IMG/VR virus record: IMGVR_UViG_3300010403_000705
Coordinates: 186,001-250,000 of that record
DNA length: 64,000 nt
Strand: one strand, 5' to 3'
Both the position numbers and the translations under genes were made by a program. This document shows, one piece after another, positions 29,320-39,300 of this stretch. Each line of letters opens with the position of its first letter. Positions within the stretch are counted from its first letter, which is position 1. The notes beneath the pieces were generated by a model, which was not told the DNA's origin, did not search any database, and was given only the letters and a program-made list of their open reading frames with translations.

Positions 29320-31009
29320 ATTGGACGAACTTAAAAGTAATAATGATGCACCAGAGTGGATGAACGAAGAAGGATTTAAGACGTTAAATTCTGGTTATCT
29401 ATTAAATAATGAAACACCACGTGAAATGTATATACGTATATCTAAAGCTGCTGCTAGTTATTATTTAGATAGTGAAGAATATGAAAAGAAGTTTTTTCAT
29501 ATTCTTTGGAAAAACTGGCTATGTCCAGCCTCGCCTATATTAAGTAATTTAGGTACTAACAGAGGTTTGCCTATCTCTTGTAATACAATTCATGTAGATG
29601 ACAGCCTAGATTCTATTTTTATGAAAAATTACGAATTTGCCACACTATCTAAAAATGGTGCAGGTGTAGGTATTTACTTTGGAGATATTAGAGGTCGTGG
29701 AGTGCCTATTAAAGGCAATGGATATTCTGAAGGTATTATTCCTTGGGCTAGGGTATTTGACATAACAACTCTATCAGTTAATCAAGGATCTACTAGACGT
29801 GGAGCCTCCGCTATTTATCTACCTATTGACCATCCAGATATTCAAGAATTTATTAATATAAGAAGACCTACTGGAGATGTTAACCGTAGATGTTTAAATA
29901 TCAATCATGGCGTCTGCATCAGCGATTCATGGATGAAAACCATGCTTAAAGGAGATAAAGAAAAAAGAAAATTATGGACAGAAATATTAAAAGCTAGGGT
30001 AGAAACTGGCGAACCTTATATGTTTTTTACAGATAATGTAAATGTAAATAATCCAGAATGTTATATAAAAAATGGTTTAACTGTCAAGAGCTCTAATATT
30101 TGCAGTGAAATAGCATTATATACAGATCCGGACCATAGTTTTGTATGCTGTTTATCTTCTTTAAATTTAGTTCGTTGGCATGAATGGAAAAACACAGATA
30201 CTGTTAATCTAGCCGTGAGGTTCTTAGATGCTGTATTATCAGAATATATTGAAAAAGCTGGCGTAATGAAAGGTATGGAAGCTTCTAGAAGATCGGCTTT
30301 AAAAGGTAGAGCCATCGGTATTGGTGTATTAGGTTGGCATTCTTTTCTTCAAGAAGAAAAAATATCTTTTGATAGCTTTGATGCTATGAATTTAAATGCT
30401 GAAATTTTTAAGACAATAAATAAAAAAGCCAATGAAGAAACTGCCATTCTAGCGCAAGAATTAGGAGAACCAGAATGGTGTAGAGGTTTTAACAGACGTA
30501 ATACACATTTGATTGCTATTGCGCCTACAGTAAGTAATTCAACTATTTCTGGCGGTTATAGTGCTGGTATAGAACCAATTTCAGCTAATGTATTCTCTCA
30601 AAAATCTGCTAAAGGTACCTTTATACGCAAAAATACTGTATTAGAAAAATTATTAAAAGATAAAGAACAAAACACTCCAGAAGTATGGAAATCTATAAAT
30701 GAACAAAATGGAAGTGTACAACATTTAGATTGTTTAAGTAAAGAAGAGAAAGAAATATTCTTAACAGCCAGAGAAATAAACCAACATACAATAGTTAAGC
30801 TAGCCGTTCAAAGGCAGAAATGGGTTGATCAAGCACAATCTGTTAATTTATTTTTTGCTACGAACTCATTGCCCAAATATATTCATGATGTACATGTTCA
30901 AGCATGGAAAAATGGATTAAAAACATTATATTATTTGCGTAGCGATGGAGTAATAAAAAGTGATTTGGCTTTTAGAAATAAAGATGAATGCAAAGCTTGT
31001 GAAGGTTAA
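29312..31009 (+). CDS. nrdA: Ribonucleotide reductase class Ia alpha subunit, short, no ATP cone seen
   Basis: PISC, SNICSEI, CCLSSLNL, RAIGIG, IAPTVSNS, LKTLYY, C-terminal CKAC. Confidence 0.93.
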   Translation: MSKLDELKSNNDAPEWMNEEGFKTLNSGYLLNNETPREMYIRISKAAASYYLDSEEYEKKFFHILWKNWLCPASPILSNLGTNRGLPISCNTIHVDDSLDSIFMKNYEFATLSKNGAGVGIYFGDIRGRGVPIKGNGYSEGIIPWARVFDITTLSVNQGSTRRGASAIYLPIDHPDIQEFINIRRPTGDVNRRCLNINHGVCISDSWMKTMLKGDKEKRKLWTEILKARVETGEPYMFFTDNVNVNNPECYIKNGLTVKSSNICSEIALYTDPDHSFVCCLSSLNLVRWHEWKNTDTVNLAVRFLDAVLSEYIEKAGVMKGMEASRRSALKGRAIGIGVLGWHSFLQEEKISFDSFDAMNLNAEIFKTINKKANEETAILAQELGEPEWCRGFNRRNTHLIAIAPTVSNSTISGGYSAGIEPISANVFSQKSAKGTFIRKNTVLEKLLKDKEQNTPEVWKSINEQNGSVQHLDCLSKEEKEIFLTAREINQHTIVKLAVQRQKWVDQAQSVNLFFATNSLPKYIHDVHVQAWKNGLKTLYYLRSDGVIKSDLAFRNKDECKACEG

Positions 31010-31071
31010 TTTTCTTACGAATGTATCAGATCAAATATCTAAAAATATTTTTTAATGTGAGTATTATATAA

Positions 31072-31455
31072 ATGCAAGGAACAATTCTTCTCAATTACAA
31101 TGAGAATATACATAAAGTAGAAGAAGAAGAAAAAAATAGATTTCTGAAGGGATTGCTTGACCAAATGGGTATTCCTATTAGTGAATTTTGGTCAGATGAT
31201 CAACCATTATCAATAGATCAAAAAATAAAATTAAGGAATTTGCTCATTACTTATTCTATTCAAGTTATAGATGATTTAGATGGACATTTGACGATATATG
31301 TCGAAGGTGAATTAGTAGGAGAATGGAAAAAATCTACTTATAAATTGAAAAGAGATTTAAGCCAAATTGATCCAAAAAAGCAATTGTATTTAGAGATGGA
31401 AATTAATTGTTGGTCTTTATTTGAAGACTCAGGAACAGGAAATTATGATTTATAA
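31072..31455 (+). CDS. Hypothetical protein
   Basis: 127-aa ORF. Confidence 0.7.
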   Translation: MQGTILLNYNENIHKVEEEEKNRFLKGLLDQMGIPISEFWSDDQPLSIDQKIKLRNLLITYSIQVIDDLDGHLTIYVEGELVGEWKKSTYKLKRDLSQIDPKKQLYLEMEINCWSLFEDSGTGNYDL

Positions 31456-31579
31456 ATCGATAACTGAAGCCAGTAAAATATTAGCCATTGCTGGCACTAA
31501 TATTTCCAAGGTATGTAAAGGTAAAAAAACAGCTGGTGGATATTTTTGGAAATACAATGAGGTAAAATTAGATGCGTAA
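31445..31579 (+). CDS. Stand-alone NUMOD1/IENR1-like HTH (44 aa, not in ORF track)
   Basis: Translated by hand: MIYKSITEASKILAIAGTNISKVCKGKKTAGGYFWKYNEVKLDA; overlaps both neighbours. Confidence 0.7.
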   Translation: MIYKSITEASKILAIAGTNISKVCKGKKTAGGYFWKYNEVKLDA

Positions 31580-32885
31580 AACTTATATTCTTGATACATC
31601 AGTCTTAATTCAAGATCCTGGGGCTTATAAATATTTTAATCATAGTGATGTAGTAATCCCAATTGCTGTCATAACTGAATTAGATAAATTAAAAAAGCAA
31701 CTCAATGAAGTAGGTAAAAATGCTAGAGTAGCAATAAGATTATTGGATGAGATATCTAATATTGGGGATATTAGTACAGGTATATTATTAGAAAATGATA
31801 TTCTTTTAAAAATTGACGCATCTTATTATGATTTGAACAATCCTATTTTTCTAGGATTCGGTGATCATAATTATGGCGATACACAAATCTTAGCTTGCAT
31901 GTATATTACTTGGAAAGAACATCCATATAATGATGTAATTTTGGTAAGTAATGATTTTAATTTAAGATTAAAAGTCAAAGGTAGAGGCATGAGTGCCCAG
32001 GCTCACGAGAATGTGAAGTATTCATTAAATGAATTATATACTGGCATGCAAACTATTGTAAACGAAGAAGCAGGATATCAACTACAGCAACATAATTATA
32101 TTGATCCAGTTACGTTTGGATTTGATTTGAAACCTAATGAATGTGTATTATTCCAAAATGATTCTGGCGATGGCATTGCAATGGGTCGTCAAATTAATTA
32201 TAATAAGATTAAGTTATTAAAAAAACATTTTCCTTGGGGTGTATCTAGTAGGAATAAAGAACAATCTTTTGCTATTGATTTATTAATGGATAAGAATATA
32301 GATCTTGTAACCTTAATTGGAAGAGCGGGCACAGGAAAAAGTTTAATAGTATTAGCTAGTGCTCTCGAATTAGTTTTAAATAGAAAAGAATACAGTAAAT
32401 TTATTATATATAGACCAATCCAACCTGTTGGAAATGATATAGGTTATTTACCTGGGACAATGGAAGAAAAATTAGCACCATGGTTTCAAGCTATTATGGA
32501 CAATTTCGAATTTCTATTTTCTTCAAAAAATGGTAATACTGATTGGAAAAGAAATCTGGAAATGTATCAAAAAAAAGGTTCCATAGAAATGGAAGCCATT
32601 ACATACATTCGTGGTAGAAGTATTCCTAATTCAATAATTTTAATAGATGAGTGTCAGAATTTATCCAAAGAGGATGTAAAGACTATATTGACGCGTGCAG
32701 GAGAAGGTACAAAAATAATTTTAACAGGTGATATAGAGCAAATCGACAATTCTTCATTAGATGCAACCAGTAATGGTTTAGCTCATGTAATTGAAAAGTT
32801 TAAAGATTCCGAACTAGCTGGACATGTGACATTTATTCAAGGTGAAAGAAGTAAATTAGCATCTAAAGCTGCTGATATTTTATGA
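31572..32885 (+). CDS. phoH: PIN-PhoH (PhoH2-type) protein
   Basis: PIN: YILDTSVL, ITELD, GDTQI, LVSND. PhoH: GRAGTGKS, GYLPG, YIRGRS, IDECQN, TGDIEQID. Confidence 0.92.
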   Translation: MRKTYILDTSVLIQDPGAYKYFNHSDVVIPIAVITELDKLKKQLNEVGKNARVAIRLLDEISNIGDISTGILLENDILLKIDASYYDLNNPIFLGFGDHNYGDTQILACMYITWKEHPYNDVILVSNDFNLRLKVKGRGMSAQAHENVKYSLNELYTGMQTIVNEEAGYQLQQHNYIDPVTFGFDLKPNECVLFQNDSGDGIAMGRQINYNKIKLLKKHFPWGVSSRNKEQSFAIDLLMDKNIDLVTLIGRAGTGKSLIVLASALELVLNRKEYSKFIIYRPIQPVGNDIGYLPGTMEEKLAPWFQAIMDNFEFLFSSKNGNTDWKRNLEMYQKKGSIEMEAITYIRGRSIPNSIILIDECQNLSKEDVKTILTRAGEGTKIILTGDIEQIDNSSLDATSNGLAHVIEKFKDSELAGHVTFIQGERSKLASKAADIL

Positions 32886-32895
32886 AAGGTATATT

Positions 32896-33168
32896 ATGAG
32901 TTTAGAAAAAAATAATGAGCCTGTAGAAGTAGAAACAAAACCAAAATTACAAGAAGTAGATAGATTAGTGTTAGAGGTGGCTAAAGCAAATAAAAAAACT
33001 GCTTTAGCTTATGCAGAAAAAGCTTTGGCTCAAAATGAAACTGCTGAATTGGCATATAAATATGTTGTTATACAATTATATATGAAATATAATCTAACAG
33101 AAGCTGATGCTATTAATGAATTTGGAGAAATCATTAAAAATGGCGCTTTATTAAAAGGTCAACAATAA
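32896..33168 (+). CDS. Hypothetical helical protein
   Basis: 90 aa, GAAAGG upstream. Confidence 0.7.
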   Translation: MSLEKNNEPVEVETKPKLQEVDRLVLEVAKANKKTALAYAEKALAQNETAELAYKYVVIQLYMKYNLTEADAINEFGEIIKNGALLKGQQ

Positions 33169-33414
33169 ATGGATTTAAAAGAATTAACAGATTTAATTGC
33201 TGTTAGACAATATGTTATTAATACAACAGGTAACATGAGCATAGATAGAGCAACAGTTAATGAACTTAATGGCATACTTATCTTACTAGATAAAAAAATA
33301 ATTAGTATTTTGAAAGATACTGAATTTAAAAATTACATAGGGTATCAAAATGTCAAGCAAGCAATACAAGATGTAGCTCGCATAACTAATATAAAATCTG
33401 GATTAAAAAAGTAA
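33169..33414 (+). CDS. Hypothetical protein
   Basis: 81 aa, abuts the upstream stop. Confidence 0.7.
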   Translation: MDLKELTDLIAVRQYVINTTGNMSIDRATVNELNGILILLDKKIISILKDTEFKNYIGYQNVKQAIQDVARITNIKSGLKK

Positions 33415-33437
33415 TTTTTGTTTAAGGTATATTCAAA

Positions 33438-34244
33438 ATGAGATTATCGTCAAACGAAGCATTTGCTTCAAATAATTTTATTACTCTAAAAAACCAAGAT
33501 TGGTTAGAAAAACAAAGAGTTGCTGGTAGAGTAGTTGCTGATGTTCTTTCGTTATTAGAAGCACAGGTAAAGAATAACACTAATTTATCATTAAATGAAT
33601 TAAATAAAATTGCTGAAGAATTTATTTTGGATAATAGATGCCAACTTACATTTAAAGGATACAAAGGTTTTCCAGCTGGAGTCTGTATTTCTGTTAATAA
33701 ACAATTGGTACATGGAATACCGTCTGATTATCATTTACAATCAGGGGATATAGTTAGTTTTGATTTAGGAGCTACTTTTGAAGGAGCAATTGCTGATGCA
33801 GCTATAACATGTATATATGGAAAACCTAAATCAGATATGCATATTATGTTAATAGAAGCTACTAAAGATTGTTTAATGAATGGCATTAATACTATCAAGA
33901 TTGGTAAAAAATTAGGATGTATTGGAGATGCTATTAGTAAATGTAATAAGAAATATGGTTTTGGATTAATAACTAAATATGGTGGTCATGGTTTAGATTG
34001 GAATAAACCCCACGCCCCACCATTTGTAGAAAATAAATCAAGTAGTGAGCAGGGTATAAGAATTCAATCCGGATTAACTATTGCTATAGAACCAATGTTG
34101 ATAATAGGTGACACTTATACTTATGTAGACAAAGATGGTTGGACAGTTTATGGTTCTGGTATTAGTGCTCATTTCGAACATTCAATTTTTATTCATGAAA
34201 ACAAAGTAGAGATACTTACACAAAGGAATTGTGACATCTACTAA
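33438..34244 (+). CDS. map: Methionine aminopeptidase type I
   Basis: CISVNKQLVHGIP, DIVSFDLG, IADAAIT, GGHG, AIEPM, SAHFEHS. Confidence 0.92.
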   Translation: MRLSSNEAFASNNFITLKNQDWLEKQRVAGRVVADVLSLLEAQVKNNTNLSLNELNKIAEEFILDNRCQLTFKGYKGFPAGVCISVNKQLVHGIPSDYHLQSGDIVSFDLGATFEGAIADAAITCIYGKPKSDMHIMLIEATKDCLMNGINTIKIGKKLGCIGDAISKCNKKYGFGLITKYGGHGLDWNKPHAPPFVENKSSSEQGIRIQSGLTIAIEPMLIIGDTYTYVDKDGWTVYGSGISAHFEHSIFIHENKVEILTQRNCDIY

Positions 34245-34578
34245 TTTAGTATTTATTTCAAAAAATACCAATAAAGGTATAAAGCTCTTTAGATGTCTAT
34301 ATTGTAATGATAATATAAAAGCTCATTTTTTATCAGAAACTAGATGTTATTTTTACTGTAAAATCTGTAAATGTCAGTTCATAAACCAACACGATATTTT
34401 AGTTGAAATAGATATTAAAACAAAAATTAATAGCAAATTTTATACTGTGAAATTAGATCTAGCAAAGAATCGAACTAATTTAGTTTCAGGTCACATAATA
34501 TATTCATGTGATGAGTGTGTATTGGTTACCCCTCAAAATATAAACAATAAAATACGCATGTGGTTATTAATGCAGTAA
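34231..34578 (+). CDS. Zinc-ribbon protein with C-terminal tag (KIRMWLLMQ); outlier of the 55.7-61.2 kb family
   Basis: CLYC...CKIC, TPQNINNKIRMWLLMQ. Confidence 0.65.
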   Translation: MTSTNLVFISKNTNKGIKLFRCLYCNDNIKAHFLSETRCYFYCKICKCQFINQHDILVEIDIKTKINSKFYTVKLDLAKNRTNLVSGHIIYSCDECVLVTPQNINNKIRMWLLMQ

Positions 34579-34591
34579 AATGGAGAATAGA

Positions 34592-35104
34592 ATGAAAAAA
34601 TACTTATCAATGTTAATATTTTTATTTATTGGGTGTACGACTAGCGAAACAAACGTAAATGCACCTAATGATGAAGATGCTGGGTCTGTGCCTCCATGTA
34701 TTTCTGATATTGTAGAATGTCAACCACATCAATGTGGTGAGATACTAGATAACTGTGGAAATATTTTCAACTGTTATTGTGATTCGTTAAAATATGATAG
34801 AGAATGTGGTTCACAAGGTTTTGATCTTAATGGAGAGATAGTATCTATGGATAAAAATGTCTGTGGATTTGGATGTTTTTCTTTACCGTTAAATAGTGAA
34901 GATATTAATTGTGAAGATTTAATTTTTCCTAATAGTTCTCATGCTGATAATATTTACAAATGGTGGTGTCCAGATGATAAAAGTGGACATGTGTTTAGTC
35001 CCAACAATTACACTTCTAAATCTGGAACTTCTTGTAGCAGTGATGGTACCATCACTAGTCATTTTGGGTTACTGGGCAATGTTTTTTGCTGTAACAACAA
35101 ATAA
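34592..35104 (+). CDS. Cysteine-rich lipoprotein
   Basis: MKKYLSMLIFLFIGC lipobox; CQPHQCGEILDNCGNIFNCYC and further Cys pairs. Confidence 0.7.
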   Translation: MKKYLSMLIFLFIGCTTSETNVNAPNDEDAGSVPPCISDIVECQPHQCGEILDNCGNIFNCYCDSLKYDRECGSQGFDLNGEIVSMDKNVCGFGCFSLPLNSEDINCEDLIFPNSSHADNIYKWWCPDDKSGHVFSPNNYTSKSGTSCSSDGTITSHFGLLGNVFCCNNK

Positions 35105-35109
35105 AATAT

Positions 35110-35430
35110 ATGTGTAATAAAAATGATAACCAACAACATCAAAATAATATATTGATAAATGAAGAATTATCTAAACATTCATGGAGAACTATAAGGAAAT
35201 TTGAAGAATTATTTCCGTGTTTAAATCCATTACATATTATTGAAGTGCAGAATAAAGAGTATCTTGATGAACAAAAAATTATTTCTTTAAAAATGAAGCT
35301 AGCTAAGAATCAAGGAACAGAATATAAAAAAATTCCTGAAACATTTACGACAGAACATATTCGTTACGAATCTGTCGAAGAATTTTGGCAAAGATGGAAT
35401 CGTTTCAAAAAAGTAAAATCATTTATATAA
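35110..35430 (+). CDS. Hypothetical protein with C-terminal tag (RFKKVKSFI)
   Basis: Tag at the stop. Confidence 0.7.
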   Translation: MCNKNDNQQHQNNILINEELSKHSWRTIRKFEELFPCLNPLHIIEVQNKEYLDEQKIISLKMKLAKNQGTEYKKIPETFTTEHIRYESVEEFWQRWNRFKKVKSFI

Positions 35431-35498
35431 AAATAAGATGTTGTATTGCTTACTATTACACGCATATTTTTTAAATATATTACAAAATTAAAGTTTTT

Positions 35499-35669
35499 AT
35501 GAAAATACAATTTGATGATAAATCTTATATAGAATGTCGTAAGTTAAATGACAAAATAATTGTTATAGTTTCAGCCAAAGATTACAATAATCCGCTAAAA
35601 AAAATTACTAACTCTGTAGAATTAAATATTGAAGAATTCAGAAAATTAATTTCAGATGTCCAGACGTAA
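35499..35669 (+). CDS. Small hypothetical protein (56 aa, not in ORF track)
   Basis: MKIQFDDKSYIECRKLNDKIIVIVSAKDYNNPLKKITNSVELNIEEFRKLISDVQT; overlaps the next start. Confidence 0.6.
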   Translation: MKIQFDDKSYIECRKLNDKIIVIVSAKDYNNPLKKITNSVELNIEEFRKLISDVQT

Positions 35670-36141
35670 GTTATTTTTACATAATGACGAGCTAATTAAT
35701 CAAAAAGCTGAAGAAAGAGCGGAAGAACTATGGAATAAATTAATTATTGATTATCCTTTAAAAGAATCTTCTTTATTAAATAATCTGTTTAAAAATATTA
35801 AACATATTACATATGCTTATATTGCTGGATTTACAGATTTCCACAAAAAATTTGATGAAAATTTTTGTATAACTGCTATTCATAAAACACAAAATAGCTG
35901 GGCAGCCTCATTAGATATTAATCAATGTTTGAATAAAAGAAGCTGGCTATTAAATAATGCATGTAATAATAAGTGGCGCAGTAAATTTACTATTTATTAT
36001 ATTGATCATCAGTTTGATATAGATTATCCATGTCCTCATGGTGATGATTATAAGGATGTATATTTAATGTTTTTTACTGAAGACGAAAAACAAACCGCTC
36101 AAATGTTAGAAAAATTTAATAGATTAAAGGCATTTGTATGA
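35656..36141 (+). CDS. Hypothetical protein with C-terminal tag (KFNRLKAFV)
   Basis: ATGA overlap with the next gene. Confidence 0.72.
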   Translation: MSRRKLFLHNDELINQKAEERAEELWNKLIIDYPLKESSLLNNLFKNIKHITYAYIAGFTDFHKKFDENFCITAIHKTQNSWAASLDINQCLNKRSWLLNNACNNKWRSKFTIYYIDHQFDIDYPCPHGDDYKDVYLMFFTEDEKQTAQMLEKFNRLKAFV

Positions 36142-36689
36142 AGATTTATTTTATTGGGTCACATTCAACAGGAAAAACTACATGTGCAAGATACGTTTCT
36201 GAGACGTATAAAATACCTATGATTACTGAAGTGGCACGCATGATTTTATCAGAAAAAGAATTACATTTAGATTCTTTGCGTACTAATTTGGATATAGTAG
36301 ATGACTATCAATCAAAAATATTTAATAGACAGATTGAACAAGAAAGTAAATATAATAGTTTTGTATCTGATAGAAGTTTTGATTGTCTGGCTTATGCTGC
36401 GCAGCATGCTAGAATTTTGCCATCTCTCTTAAAATCAGCTGAGTTAAAAAATTATATAGATAATTTAAAATCATATGACTCTTTCATTTTTTTTATTAGA
36501 CCATCGAAGGCAACTTTAAAAGATGATGGCATAAGAGAGAATTTAACCTGGGAGGGTATAATTTCTATAGATGCTCAAGTTAAATTCTTATGTGAAATGT
36601 TTGAATTAAGATATTTTCAAATTAACACTGATAATATGCAAGAAAGAGTTAAATTAGTAAATTCAGTATTATCACTATATAGAATATAA
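36138..36689 (+). CDS. P-loop NTPase (AAA_28/NadR-like, possible nucleotide kinase)
   Basis: IYFIGSHSTGKTT, ITEVAR, FVSDRSFDCLAY. Confidence 0.75.
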   Translation: MKIYFIGSHSTGKTTCARYVSETYKIPMITEVARMILSEKELHLDSLRTNLDIVDDYQSKIFNRQIEQESKYNSFVSDRSFDCLAYAAQHARILPSLLKSAELKNYIDNLKSYDSFIFFIRPSKATLKDDGIRENLTWEGIISIDAQVKFLCEMFELRYFQINTDNMQERVKLVNSVLSLYRI

Positions 36690-36737
36690 TCTCTACTAAA
36701 CTTATGACATTCTCTTGAATATAATGAGAGGGATTGC

Positions 36738-38054
36738 ATGACTAATATTTTAAAACCTGGCTATCTTAGGTGGGATGGTTTAAAATTCGTTTTAGACCCT
36801 GACATAGAAGTAACGGGGGCAGTAGGACCACAAGGTGCTCCAGGTCCGATCGGACCTGGACTTGGTATAGTAGGAGCTAACGAACAACCAGTTTGGTATA
36901 TTGATTCTATTAATGGGGATAATGATAGAGATGGAGCAACACCCAATACTTCTATTAACTCTATCGCTGAGTTTACCAAAAGAATTGGAGCACAAGTTAT
37001 AAATTCAGGGGTGACTGTAAATATCTTACAATCAGACGCGTCATTTTGGGATATAGATATCAATGTTGGAATCACTGGAGTGGTTACTTTTGTAGGACAA
37101 AAAAACATAGTAATTTCTAGTACGCTTAGCGTAGTAAACGTTTGGAATCCCAACACTCAAACTATTGGTTCTTATCAATTATCTGGTAATCCCGACATTT
37201 CTACTTTTTGCAAAAATTCTTTTATACAAACTGTAGGAGGAAATAAATTTAGTCCTATTGGTAAGAGCCTTGGGGCGGGTGCATTTAATGGTGTATGGAG
37301 AGATACAGGAGATAATTCTACAGAACCATCAGTGTCTGATGCCATAGAAATTTATCAAATTAATTCGGTAAATTTAATAAATATTTCAGCTCAAGGTTCT
37401 GGTACAATAAATTTTGTAAATATAGAAATAGATCAATTATTGAATAGAGGTCTAACTAATATTTCATTGCGTGGTTGTAAAATAAATGTTTTAACTAATT
37501 TCTCCACACCTAATTCTCTATTTATTTCTAGTTCTCATGTGGGCAGTTTAACTCTGGCAAATACTATTGGAGATTGTTTTCTCAGTGGTAACGTAGTTTT
37601 ACAATCAAGTATTTTTTATAGATTTACTGCTTTTGGTTTTGGCAATATTACTATAGTAGGACCAGTAATTATTCAAAATACCACCTTAAATCTTGACGGC
37701 AACACAAATGCTTTTAGTTTTAGTGGTCCTGTTAGTTTATGTATAACACCTTTTGGAATGCTTGCAATAAATGATTATGATGATACTGGAATTGGTATTG
37801 AAATAGGCGCCAATAGTTTATTACGTGTTGAGTCGTATTTATTTATAGTTGCTGATAATGCAGAAAATACTGGTATACATATCAAATCTGGTGGTTATTT
37901 ATTTTTTAAATCTGGATTCTTGCCTGTTGTTGCTGCAGTACAACCTTCCGCACCGTGGAACATAGGTGGTATTTCAAAAACGCAATTAGATATTGCTCTT
38001 GGTAATGGTTTCGTAAACTCTACTAATTTGGCTTGTGTAGCCATAGAAGCATAA
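36738..38054 (+). CDS. Tail fibre/spike-like protein (short Gly-X-Y stretch plus probable beta-helix)
   Basis: GAVGPQGAPGPIGPG; WYIDSINGDNDRDG...SINSIAE; repetitive beta pattern. Confidence 0.6.
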   Translation: MTNILKPGYLRWDGLKFVLDPDIEVTGAVGPQGAPGPIGPGLGIVGANEQPVWYIDSINGDNDRDGATPNTSINSIAEFTKRIGAQVINSGVTVNILQSDASFWDIDINVGITGVVTFVGQKNIVISSTLSVVNVWNPNTQTIGSYQLSGNPDISTFCKNSFIQTVGGNKFSPIGKSLGAGAFNGVWRDTGDNSTEPSVSDAIEIYQINSVNLINISAQGSGTINFVNIEIDQLLNRGLTNISLRGCKINVLTNFSTPNSLFISSSHVGSLTLANTIGDCFLSGNVVLQSSIFYRFTAFGFGNITIVGPVIIQNTTLNLDGNTNAFSFSGPVSLCITPFGMLAINDYDDTGIGIEIGANSLLRVESYLFIVADNAENTGIHIKSGGYLFFKSGFLPVVAAVQPSAPWNIGGISKTQLDIALGNGFVNSTNLACVAIEA

Positions 38055-38056
38055 AT

Positions 38057-39283
38057 ATGACAATACAATATTACATGAGAGCGTTCAAAACAACTGTTCC
38101 AACTGGTTATGTTGATTGGATAGTTAATGATCAACCAGACAATACTGGTATTTATTCTGGATATCCAATAAATTCTTTAATTAATATTATTGTAACTAAA
38201 ACAGTCTCATCTAAAATAGAAAATTTTCTCAAAGCACAAAATCCCTCAGACGGGTATTTTTTTCATATTAATAGTTATGATTGGTTACACCCTAACGCTC
38301 CTATTACAATACCCACAAAAAATACAGGTATCGCTATCGTGCGAGGTTCAGTAGATGGAATCACGCCTAGAGATTACGCGACTATTTTATGGAATGAAAA
38401 TACTCAACAATGGAAATTTGCGTACAATATAAATGGAGACGGATATACTATTGGAAATTCTTTACCTATAGCAGTAGGAGATTTGCAACTTGATGGATAC
38501 ATAACCATAGGTAATAACTCAGCACAATCTGGTATTATTAGAATACCCAACCAAAATTTTATTAATTCTAGAAATGTTTTAAATAATGCTGATATTACAC
38601 TTATTGGTACAGATAACTTAAATAGAGTCCAAATAGGTTCTCTTTCATCGACCATTCATATACTTAATAATTTAACCAGTGATGGTTATATTGTTATAGG
38701 AAATAATCCTTCGCAATCTGGTTTATTAAGAACAAGTAGTTCTACCACTATTATCACATCTAGAAATTCAAGCAATAGTGCTGATTTAACGTTATTATCT
38801 ACGGATGCTTCTAATAGAATTTTGTTAGGAAGTACATCGCTAGCGGGACATATTTTTAATACATCTAGTTCATCATTATATGATTTTCAAATTAATTCTT
38901 CCTCTCAACTTCAAATTGGATCTCAATTTATTAGATATGGTGTTAATCCGGCTACAACAGGTTTTTTACGAGCACCTAATAATTCAATTGGGGCAGCAGC
39001 TAGAAATGCTGCTAATAATGATGATGTACTTATTTGGTCTGTAGATAATTTTGATATCTTACAGCTAGGAACAAACAACAATAGAGTTTCCATAAATGCA
39101 AATAATATATCATTGATGTCTGCTATTGGATCATTTGCCAATGGTAATAAGGTTATATTTATAATCAATGCTACTAGTATTCCTGACACTTTTCCTAGTG
39201 GAGGAGGTGTTTTATATGTAGATAATGGGGCACTAAAATATGTAGGATCTAATGGTACAATTACTACTATTGCTAGTGCATGA
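38057..39283 (+). CDS. Tail fibre-like protein with three internal repeats
   Basis: Repeat IG.N.AQSG..R.PN...I.SRN..N.ADI.L...D..NR..IG occurs three times; C-terminal GGGVLYVDNGALKY.GSNGTITTIA. Confidence 0.6.
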   Translation: MTIQYYMRAFKTTVPTGYVDWIVNDQPDNTGIYSGYPINSLINIIVTKTVSSKIENFLKAQNPSDGYFFHINSYDWLHPNAPITIPTKNTGIAIVRGSVDGITPRDYATILWNENTQQWKFAYNINGDGYTIGNSLPIAVGDLQLDGYITIGNNSAQSGIIRIPNQNFINSRNVLNNADITLIGTDNLNRVQIGSLSSTIHILNNLTSDGYIVIGNNPSQSGLLRTSSSTTIITSRNSSNSADLTLLSTDASNRILLGSTSLAGHIFNTSSSSLYDFQINSSSQLQIGSQFIRYGVNPATTGFLRAPNNSIGAAARNAANNDDVLIWSVDNFDILQLGTNNNRVSINANNISLMSAIGSFANGNKVIFIINATSIPDTFPSGGGVLYVDNGALKYVGSNGTITTIASA

Positions 39284-39300
39284 TATAAGGACAAAAAATT

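Noticed and set aside
28345-31009. Intron or intein in the RNR genes
   Set aside because: Both ORFs are continuous and compact, with all motifs in order.
36810-36865. Collagen-like protein
   Set aside because: Only about five Gly-X-Y triplets; treated as a linker in a fibre protein.
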